Shown: positions 53,482-64,000 of the stretch, one piece after another
Position numbering within the stretch: position 1 is the stretch's first letter
Layout: every line of letters begins with the position of its first letter
Made by a program: the position numbers and the translations under genes
The notes under the pieces: generated by a model
Told to the model about the DNA's origin: nothing
Databases searched by the model: none
Seen by the model: only the letters and a program-made list of their open reading frames with translations
Assembly: GCA_964057225.1 (NCBI GenBank)
Contig: OZ059895.1
Coordinates: forward strand, 7,564,001-7,628,000
Source: Auanema rhodensis
Lineage: Eukaryota; Animalia; Nematoda
Direction of reading: 5' to 3'
Length of the DNA: 64,000 nucleotides

Positions 53482-56114
53482 TTACGATTCTCTTAGATCA
53501 ATTGATAGCTTTCCTGTTGTTTTCTCAGTGCTCTGTGGAATTTCTCCGGAAAATATAATTAAATCATCAACCGACACCTAAAAATGAAGTTTAAACTGTT
53601 GTTTTAAGAATATTAGTCGTACCGACAAATGCCGCACTCCTCGCTGAGGTGTTTTTCTATAATTATAAATAACCATTTTGGAAACATAGGTAGGAACATC
53701 AAAAATGAAAAAAATTCTGGCGCATCGATTTGGTAATAAAGGTGTAAGCCACATGTTGCTTGGGCTATAACATATTTATATTATAGAAATAAAAATATTT
53801 TGTTTTAAGTGCAAATACGATTATTATATAAAAAAAAAGATTAGAATCCTTACTTATCCGTATCATTCTTCCGGTTTATTAAATTTTCACTTGTTCTTGG
53901 ATCATTCTCTACTGACGGCAAAATGTTAACAGATTCCGGAAAAGCTGCCAAGTCTTTAAAATAGAAAATACATATCACATGATATAGATAATTAAATAAA
54001 GCATACTATGAGTTTTAATCCGTATAAGTTCATCTTTACGATTGTACAGCTCTATACCATTTAAGCCTATGTAAAATTCATCTCCCCAAGTTGACAGTAA
54101 ACGAATTTGAAAAATAACTGAAAATATTAAAAATTAAAAAAAAATTATAAATATTGTAAGTTACATCCGCTAATACTGAAGGTACTAGGGCGTAGTTGTG
54201 TAGGACGAGCAAATACAGGAGAATCAAATATGATATCTTGAACAAAATCAAAATAAACAAATCCTATAAATCAATTATATGTAGAAAATTATATATAATT
54301 AAACAAAAATACCAGGAGCCTTTCTTAATAAAACATTTGATATTGCTAATTTGCCATTTATATAAATATTCATCTGGCGAACTCCGGCATAAGACATTTC
54401 AGAAGAAGCATTATAATTCCAGATTGATAATCCTTTATAATATTATAAACATTGTATATTAAGGATAATTAAAACCTTGCAAGTTTATTGGTTTATTGAA
54501 TGTTAACGTGATAGTTGGCAACTTTTTCCTGGTGTTGTCCCAACTAGTTAGCCACATATCCGTGATATTTCGTGTTAAATTTCGACCATTTAATAAGCTA
54601 TAACATTGAAATCATTGAGAAATTCAAATAGAAACAGAAATATAAATTACGTTTGTACTGAGTCACTGCCATTGGATGCACTTATAACTGCAATATCAGA
54701 GCTTATTGAACGTCCTTTATGTCCAATAAGTTCTAAACCTGCCAGACCAATCGAATCTGGATGACCCCAGTTAGAATAAAGTTCCAAATGTAAAACTAAA
54801 CATCGTTATATTATTCTGCTTAATACCTTATATAAGGAATACCTTTGACTTTACATTCTGATTGATCTGAATCCTCAGCAGTATTGGAGTTATTTGTTTG
54901 TTCGTTCAAATGAAGAGTCGATATTGAAGAAAACTCAGTTGTCGATGGTCGATATGGAGTAAGTTGTAGTGTTGTTTCAGGATCTGAAGATTCTGTTTAA
55001 ATAAATAGAAAATCAAGTTGTATATCAAATAAATCTTTAACTTAATATCATATATATCATAATACCTGTATTTAAAACATCATTATTGAGAGATTCTTCA
55101 AATGGTGTCGTCAATAAGCAAACATCATTTTCTGCAATTCTTTCCAAAATTGCTTCATCTGTTGTAAAGAGAACTGTCTGTAATGTTTAATAATACAAAA
55201 TTGAAAAATAAGGTATATGCATACATCTCCCATTGGCTCGATTTCCTCATTTTTTGTGTACGATGGATTGATTTCGCCACGGAAAATCAGAATATCATCT
55301 AAACAGATTTCAAGATCCCTCACACCAATCTGAGCTCTAACACGAGATTCGCTGTAATTCTGAAATTGAAAAGAACGTAATGGATGAGAATAATATATAT
55401 ATACCCATATTCGTATCATTGCAATACGTACAGTTTCACGTAGAAGCAATGTAACAGTTACTTGTTCATTTTCCTGCTTTTCTGCTTTCCACATTTTGTG
55501 TCGATCAGTACAAAAATAATTTTCAACTACTAAACTGTTGGGATCTCCTACAAAGTTGGAGACAGTGCTTGAAACCTGAAAATAAAGTTTAAGAGTTATA
55601 AAGTATTCTCTAAAGAACCTCAACGATTTCAGCTCTTTTGCCTGTATGTCCAAATATTTCAATTCCATTCAATCCAATATAAACATTATCTCCCCAGTTT
55701 GTTATTAAGTATAATACCAAGCGTTTACCAGTAGGTAGTTCAGGGATTTCACTGCAAATTACTTCATGAACGGCAAATATATTATAGTTGATGATTTAAA
55801 TATTTCCTTTATATTGAAAATGATAGAATTATAATAAAAGTGCTTTAGACTACTGTAACTTTCAGGAAGAAAATATAAGAATTTGTCATTTCTTTGATAG
55901 TTATCGTAATCAAGTCAATCTCTGGCTTTGTATGTGAGATAATACTCAAATTCTGATTCATAACAACTAGTAAAAGTACAAATTGAACGAAATGATCAAG
56001 TTTTTAATAAATAAATTTACAAAAATAAAAAAAAACAATAAGACAAACATACAAAGGTACTTCTATTGCATCGCCTTCAGTTATTATAGCTCCTTCAGCT
56101 GTGATTTGGTTCAT
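53482..56114 (-). CDS. KATNIP/KIAA0556 (DUF4457) ciliary katanin-interacting protein homolog, multi-exon
   Basis: Repeated modules EIPELPTGKRLVLYLITNWGDNVYIGLNGIEIF, MIRIWNYSESRVRAQIGVR, LYSNWGHPDSIGLAGLEL and YNYRKTPQRGVRHL. In-frame ATG at 56114 (MNQITAEG). Confidence 0.88.
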
Positions 56115-57355
56115 TACTTTAATTTTAAATTTTCTAAAAAAAAGAAAGTAGACGACTTGTATGTAAAAGTAATATAAGTTAAAGATTAAATATCAATTAG
56201 TCGAAATGTTTTATTAAATTATATATATTAGAATGATTAGAAATTCAATTTTAGTTTTAACATGTTTTGTTAAAATGATTAATCAATGAACATGAATTGA
56301 TATCTAAAATCTGAAACAATTTAAGAATATCCATCAAGTATAATAGTAAGAATACGATTATTGTAAAGATAAATGATGATATTGAATTGAATATATGAAA
56401 TATAGATATCGTTATTTCAAATCGAATATGATGAACTATTTTAGAGAAACAATGAATACAGGTATGCATTTGCTGAGAGTATCATGTAGAAAAAGTGGAC
56501 GGAAGGGAGCCAGAGAAGAGGGAGGAGAGAACGTAATTTCCAGCAGGGGCTGCGATGAAACTAGGAGTAGCCATGACAACCTGCGAAGAAATCAACACAG
56601 AGAACTGAAGTTCTAGAAGGATGTATATACAATAGGTAAAAGAGAATGCAGTCTTAAAGAAAGAAGTAAAATGGAAGCAAAGATATTTGAGAAAAAGTAA
56701 AAAGTGATTAGTATAACACAACTTACAATGATTTAAAGGAATAGTAAAGATAGCTTGTACATTAAGCTGTCCAAAACTAAATTCAATGAAAATTACATTT
56801 CAGAACGCTGAAGCGATTTCGTGTATTTGTTAGTTTGTAACAAAAAGAAATAGAGCCAAGTAAAATCTAGTAACAATATTGCCAAGGTAGACGAAACAAA
56901 AGTAAAAAAAAAGCAATGACTAGGTATAAAGAAAGAACATATTTGACAGCCTCTTGCTATTTCCGGCTACTTTTATATTCGTAAAAATCATTTGCTCTCT
57001 TGAAATACTTGATTAAACGAGAAAATTGCATGGCGTTGTTGGTTTTTGTTAGAAAAAAACATAAAAAGAAATACTAAGATAACCAAAGAAAAAAACAATC
57101 GTAGGAATAAACAAATTTATATATTTGTGTAATATATAAACAATTGTGCATTCAAAAAATATAAAACAGAGAAAACCTTTGACATCAAAATAAAAAACTT
57201 AATTATGCATTACATTGCAGTGGACGTATGATATATTAAAGTTGAGATGCGTAATATGGCATATGGTTTTAATGAAAATAATTTGAATCAACATTAAAGC
57301 AATAAAACAGCTTGTGTCTTAGTTTTTTTCAAAAACTAATTTCACTTAAATGTAT

Positions 57356-60300
57356 TTAATGAATACCTTCCCTTAGTTCTTTTTCAATTTTCTCTTTCAT
57401 TTCTTCCCTCCAAATTGATATGTATGGTATCACTTCGTGCAGATCTTCCTCTTCTGCTACTGCCTAGCAACGAGTTTCATTGAATTTATAGATGTGATTC
57501 ATTTAACCGACCAGGACTCTTGGATGTTCAAAGATTTTCAACTTTTCCAAGAATTTCAATCGTACATCCTCGGGAGTAACACATTTGGATTTTGTTTTGA
57601 TAATTTCTTCTTCTTCTTCTTCTTCATCTTCTGATTGTACAGGAGTTGAAGTAGCGTTAGGCGTTTCTGAGCTTTGATGTTCTTGAACAGTGCGACATGG
57701 GGAAGTTGTCTTTTGGAAATATTGCTCTTTCTAAACAATCCTTTCAACTGAAATACACGATAGAACATCAACATTACCATTTCATCACATGAAGAAGCAG
57801 GAGATACTGAATCATCCCTAGGAGTTTTCGGTTCATTCTTTGATATACCAAAAAGGAATTTTCCTGCTATCTCATCGTGTGCTCCATCTTTATCCACCTA
57901 CAGAAGTTGTTAAGTAAAATCATATAATTATTAGTTAACAAACAACTAAGATTGGTTCATGATCGCAAATAAATAATGCATTAACTTCTGTTGATCGTAT
58001 ACGAGTAACCCAGAAACTAAATAAAAGCCAACTGTCCCTAAGGGAAAATCTGAATATACCTAATCTGACAATCAAAGCTAACTTTCCCGTCTTTTATCAA
58101 TGAGTCAACTCGTTCCATAGGTATCAATGCCTAGAATAAGTTACAAATTAACTAAAAAATACGAGCAAAGCGCTATACCCAAATAGTGAAAATGGATTGG
58201 ATATGATAACAAATTCTTTTATTTAAAAGTACAGTCGGAATATCCATATCAGTTGTTAATTCAAATGTTTGATAAGTCTGAAAAGCGTTTATCTGAATAA
58301 GCTTTATCTGTCTAAAAACCTCAAAAATTCCATTGAAATATCTCTGTTTCCATTCAAATCCATCAGCAATGCTATCAATCTCGAACGGTTCCGGAGGTGA
58401 TAAAGCTATATGAGTAAAAATTGGAGGATTTTCCGTATCACAATGACGTGGACGACGAGGCTGAACCATATCGATTTTCATCCAAATACCTGGCTTTGTC
58501 AAGCAGCCAGCTTCTTCAAAAGGAGAATTTCTGCAAAATCGTTTGCTAATAATAATAATAATAATGATTACTTTATAAGATTTCTATGAACTAGAATTTT
58601 GTTTATTTCCGCATCAGGAGAATATAAAATAACACTTGAACTATATTCTTTCACAATAACTCCAACAGCAAATCTTTCTTCATCTACCTAAAGTTTTTTT
58701 TAAATTAAATTTTTTAAAATAACTAACTATCCCAATGGGTTGTTCATTTTCTAAATCATCTTCAACAACTATCTCATCGATGTTATATATGTGAGGAAGC
58801 GAGGTGATAGAGCAGCTCCTGTCTAAATCTTGTGGTTCTTCCTCAGACTCAAAATCGGACATTAATTCTTCTTTATGTGCATATTTTAAGTCCGATTCTA
58901 CAGACTTCTGGATCAAATTATTACTGGAATATGTATCAGATAGCTCTCTATTCACATATTGGCGAGGCGTGTTCAACCCATTTTGACTCAGAGAATTCAT
59001 TAGGTATTCACTTTTCTGACTGTCATTTTGATCACTTATACTGGATTCGCTCATTCTTATTTGATTTGATTGAAGAATGTGAATGTGTTCTTCCTCGTCA
59101 TCCTCCAGTCGACGATTTCCGATCTTCTGTGATTTTGTGACATTTTTTTGTTGCTCTTGATGAAACATATGAGCTTCAAGATCAAGCTCTTGTTGTAGTT
59201 TCTTGGCATATTCCAAATCTCTCTGATTCTGAAGTTCTCTTTCTCTATCGCGCTCTGCTTTTATTATTAGCGCTTGCTTCTCTTCTTCCTTTTGCACTTT
59301 AAGAGCTAACTCAAGCGATTCTTCCTCTAATCTTAGAACATCCTTTTCGTGGGATATATGTTCATATTCACTTGATCGTTCTTGAGCTAAATCAGAATGA
59401 AGCTCTAAGATTTATACAATAAAATGGAAATTCTTACTTTTATCTAATCTTATCTCAGAGTTTGTCTTTTCAGTGTTTACAAAAGGTGTATTAATAGAAA
59501 CATTCTGAAAAAATAAGTTATCGTGTCCAATCAAAAACAATCAAAAACTTACAGTATCATGTCCAAGTATAGTCGCTAGGCTCTGAAAAAAATTTATTAT
59601 GTTAACAAATTTGAAAACATACAGGTCGTTCAGGTAAAGTGCATTCTTCCTCCAATCTATTTTCTAACCGAGCCATGAAACTTTCTACATCTAGTTCATG
59701 TTTATTCTTAAACATAAATTATTTTCATTCAAGAATTCTACAGTCTTACGTGTTTCATAGAATCTTCTGAAGCACCTGAATCAAGCTTAAGATCTGCATC
59801 CTGATGAAGTTTAGCTACCAACAATTTCAGATCTTCATCTAAACTTTCCAATGTCTGTAATATAGTAACTATTTCAAAAATACAACACAATCCCTACAAC
59901 TTCTGCGCTAAACTGATCTTCTTCGTTCTCTCTAGATCTTTCTTGCGTCTTTTGCTGAGGATGTTCTTCTTGAAAACGTCGCTGATGCTCCAACAACCAT
60001 TTTTGTTCTTCTCTTTGTCTATTCTCTTCTTCTAGTTCCTCTATCACACGTAATTGTTCCTCTAATTCATCCAAATATTTAAAATTATAGAAAAAGTAAG
60101 GATCTTCAAGCTTGAAAATGGTTTATATACATCATTTTTTTATTTACATCGGAGATGAATACCTGACAGATATTTGTATTAGAATTGTACGGATGAATCC
60201 GCTTGATTTCCCATCCCTCATCAGTCATTATCAGCTAAAATCAAACGTAAATATCATAAATTTTCTAAAATTTATACTTCTCCAACAACACGAGAACCGA

Positions 60301-61976
60301 TGTACTCATGTGCGGCATCAATAATATCTTCAGACGCAACTATTAACTTTAATTCCTGATGATGAAAATAAATTCTTTTCGGTTCTTCGTGTGTATAAGC
60401 AGGAAATAATAGTGTAGTAACCTATTCAAACTAAAATTAATTAAATTGTCTATGAGAATTAACTTACAATTACAAGCCCAGATCTTGACGATTCACGTTT
60501 TGGTAAGTATCTCATATGAGTGTGCATTGGAGGATCACACTTGATAAAATTCCATATTTCAGATGATAAAACTTTAAAACAGGGATTTTCTGTGCCCACA
60601 AGAAATCTATAACATCCTTTAATTATATTGGAAAAAATATAGGTATTATCATACTGATACCACTTTCCAGTTTCTAAGGGTGTTTTCTCATTGACATGTA
60701 TAAACTGAGAATATGAGGCAGAATATAGGATCCAACACTAAACAAAAACAAAACATTAAAAAAGTTACGACAGCTTTTAACTTTATCAAAATTAATGACA
60801 AGAGCATTAAATTCGCAATAAACGGGATCAGCTTTTTCAGCTCGCATCTTTAAGGATTAATAAAATTAAGGAAAAATGGAAGAGCAAACCTGTTCCTCAT
60901 TATAAAAAAAAGCGTTTTGCCTAGCTTTTCTCCTGAAATAGTATGATAATTTAAATATAAATTGCCTGTATTAGACCTATCATAGGGAACCAACGTCAAT
61001 TCTTTCTGTGAGGTAGAGGCGGGAGTAAGATCATTCGAGAACGAAGTTTTACCGAATTTAGAAATCAAAAAACAGTATTATTAGTGAAATTACAATATTC
61101 ATGTGTCATACCAGGCCAAGAACAGATACGGGTTTTCCATCCAATAAAAAATCTTTTATCCTCCAAACTAAGTGATCCGAAACTACAGATGTTTCTTTAA
61201 GAACAGCAATAGCCTGGAGAAAAAATCAGAAAAGAAAATATGAAAGAATACGGTACATGAAACTCCAATATTCGGGAATTTTTCAATCTGGATAAATCTA
61301 TAGATTCTAATTCAGCATCTATATAAGTCCCCTATGTTTAAAAGTTAAACAAAGAAATCTTGTAATATCCCTTACAGAAACATAATGTTCTTGTTCTCTC
61401 TGGTCATAACTATTGTCACCGATCTTGAAAACATCTCTCAACTATAAAATAATATTCTTATTGTTTCATATCTTCAGCAACAAACTTCAACTGTTTCCAC
61501 ATCTTTAACTACACATGGAACAAACCGTAGAACAGGATGATTCAATCCAGCAAACGTATCCGGTAGTATGGTTGGATTTTTTGAAAACATAGGCATCCTC
61601 AAATTTTCGGCCCGACTGCTATAATTCTTCAATTCGTAAGAAACAGTAAAGAAGGGCACAAACTTCATATATGAATATATGGGATCTGGACGTGGTAGTA
61701 ATTCAACATCGTACTCTAGCCAATTAGGCGAATATATCTATATTAAAACTTTCAGAAACTTAAACTTTAAGTTATTTCTCACGAACATCAAATATTAAAG
61801 AACAAGGAACATCTTTCAGTAATACATATGAATGATTATATTCCTTACTCCAAAGAACAGCGTGTTTCTCAGGATAATCACCTTTACGAACTACGAAACC
61901 TAGATAAAAGATAAATTAAGAAGCAAATGCTTTATGTATGCTTGCCCTGAACTGTGAATATTTCCTTCATGTGCAT
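57356..61976 (-). CDS. Uncharacterised ~1000-aa multi-exon protein with beta-rich N- and C-terminal modules and a central acidic coiled coil with MIU/UIM-like motifs
   Basis: Frame traced from MHMKEIFTVQG|FVVRKGD through exons ending ...EKELREGIH*; one junction near 60850-60970 was not fully resolved. TTTTCAG acceptor at 62002-61996. Motifs EEESLELALKVQKEEE and DLEYAKKLQQEL. Confidence 0.65.
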
Positions 61977-62127
61977 TGTATATTTATTTTGTCTTCTGAA
62001 AATTGATTCTTGAAAATTCTGTATAAGAGCAAAATCACAAAATATTGTTTTGTTTCGAACAAACAATAACAATTTAAACAATAATGAAAACAAATTTAAC
62101 AATAGCTAACAAGAAAACAATCTCATA

Positions 62128-64000
62128 TTATAACAAGTTTGAAAACCATGTATCAACTTTACGGTATACTTCACTTTCAGAAAAATTAATCTGAAAATAT
62201 GTGTTTATTAAATATAAAAATTACAAATAACCTGTAAGAAAAGACGTAATCCTTCTGTCAATACTTGGTTCTTTTCCGGGGAAAGCGCTGGAGTAAAAAT
62301 ACGGCGCAACTTTCCTTCTGGACAGTCTTCCAATAAAACAAAAACATGTCTTATTACACTCGAAATAAAGGAGTTAATAGAACCCCATTCAACAACCTAA
62401 GAAATAATAAATAATTCTGGATAATTTAAAAAAAAATTTCGAACCTTCAGAACTGTAATGGATAAAACTTCATTTCGAATCAAAATATGTAATAGAGACG
62501 CCAGATGTGTTCGCTGTTTTTTGGAAAGGTTATTACATTCCCTTATTCTATCCCATAAAGCATATTGAGAGGTTATCTTAAAATTTAAAATAACCCAGTT
62601 AAAAACATTACGACTTACTTTAAACTTCCGATCAAACTCGCAAAATCGAGAAATAAGTGTCGCATAATATGGGTTATATGATTTTTCTTTTAGCATCATG
62701 TGGATAATTACATAAATAATCTCTCTTTCTTGTTGTCCTGGAAGAAAAAAAAGTAAATATGTAGAATTTAGCAAAAACCTTTCAATGAAAGCCTCAATAA
62801 CTTCTCAAATGCTTCATCCTCTCCTGATGAAACCGCTGAAATTAAAAACATTTTATCGAAATCTTAAAAACTAAAAAAACCAATTGAACAGAATATATTT
62901 TTTCGAATAACAGTATTCATTTTAGCTTTTGCAGCTAGCTCTAAAACTTCGTTGGGGAACGAAAGAGCATTAGTTATTTTCTTGTTATCTGTAGCTAAGA
63001 CAGAGTAAGAATCTGATGGCAATCTGAACGCTGAACCAACAATCCACCTAGAACAAATTCAATGTCTTAAATATTATTTTACTTAGCTACCATCTTCCTC
63101 TATCTGTAGCATGGAGCAAATCATCAACACCCATTCCTAGCTCTTGTGAAATCTCAGTTTTTTCTTCTAAGCCCAGAGGATTAATATTAATAACAACTTA
63201 GTTTTAACAAACGTTTCAATAGTCCTCGGAACATTTTATAATGAGATTCAAACATAGAATAATCAATATGTCCTGGAGCAGCTTTTTTCAAAGCAAGTAT
63301 ATTTTCTGCTATAAATTGAGCACGAGATCTAAAAAAAATAATACTAAAAACATGAAAATAAATACAATTACATTTCGACTAAAGGAGAGTTTTGATACTG
63401 AATATGAATTTGACTCAAAATTTCAGCAAATGGTACCCAACAACATCTTTTAGCAGTTTTATAAACATCTGAATATATAAAAGTTAAAAAATGGAAATAT
63501 ACTTGAAAACCATACATGAAGCAAATGTATAAATAATTTGTAAGTTATCAATATCCAAGTTATCACTTAAATTTTTAAGAATATCTATAGCAAATTCAGG
63601 TTTCACAATCTATAATTAATAAACATATCTGAAATGAAAAAAGAAACAACCTTGTAGTTTATTATGTGAGATAATGTAATAGTCTTATTTTCAACGGACT
63701 TGTCATCTTGTACTTTATCAGTTTTTATAACCTTAATATAATCGCAAACAAAATATTCAACGAAATGAGATGCTAAAATAGAAATTTAACTTATACATTT
63801 ACTAACAAATTATTTGAACATACATATCTCTGTATCCACAATTCCATGGATTAAAGCTAGAAACATTCCATATGTTGATAGCATATTATCTGGCAAACGA
63901 TATGGAGCTCCAATCATTTTCCATAATACTGTAGCCAAGCTGGATTTGACATCTATAAAAACAAATTTTTGGGGAAATAAATAAATCAGAATAACCATTT
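62128..64000 (-). CDS. NOM1/Sgd1 nucleolar MIF4G-MA3 protein (3' part)
   Basis: DDLLHATDRGRWWIVGSAF, AKAKMNTVIRKNIFCS, QQEREIIYVIIHMMLKEKSYNPYY, QYALWDR. Stop TAA at 62130-62128. Confidence 0.92.

Noticed and set aside
56100-57367. Possible fusion of the orphan gene to KATNIP through a phase-1 donor at LREG
   Set aside because: The orphan has a stop three codons later and KATNIP has its own in-frame ATG at 56114, so no fusion is required.
1-64000. CRISPR arrays, tRNA, rRNA, SL RNA and telomeric arrays
   Set aside because: This is eukaryotic sequence and none were recognisable by eye; a tRNAscan-SE/Infernal run would be needed to exclude divergent ncRNAs.

Overview
AT-rich, intron-dense eukaryotic DNA from a rhabditid-type (clade V-like) nematode, with mostly ~35-50 nt introns, trans-splice-type acceptors and operon-like spacing. 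The six-frame ORFs are mostly exon fragments, so gene models were rebuilt by hand from splice sites. Recognisable genes in order: egg-6 (3' part), a cuticlin/ZP gene, eif-3.E, mrps-30, an MPPE1-like phosphoesterase, p130Cas/bcar-1, a SUN-domain gene, VAC14, unc-57 and pbs-4 on the + strand; then mrrf-1, KATNIP, a ~1000-aa orphan and NOM1 (3' part) on the - strand. The most unusual structure is at 7-17 kb. A ~24-exon orphan ('gene X', ~650 aa) occurs twice inside the eif-3.E/mrps-30/MPPE1 housekeeping cluster, each time behind a copy of the eif-3.E 3' end, and a third truncated copy of that cassette precedes MPPE1. The two gene X copies have identical introns beside exons whose differences are almost all amino-acid changing. 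The protein has a possible catalytically dead ULP/SENP-like domain, an NLS, a SIM-like motif and several SUMO consensus sites. Exon boundaries are manual and no database searches were run.
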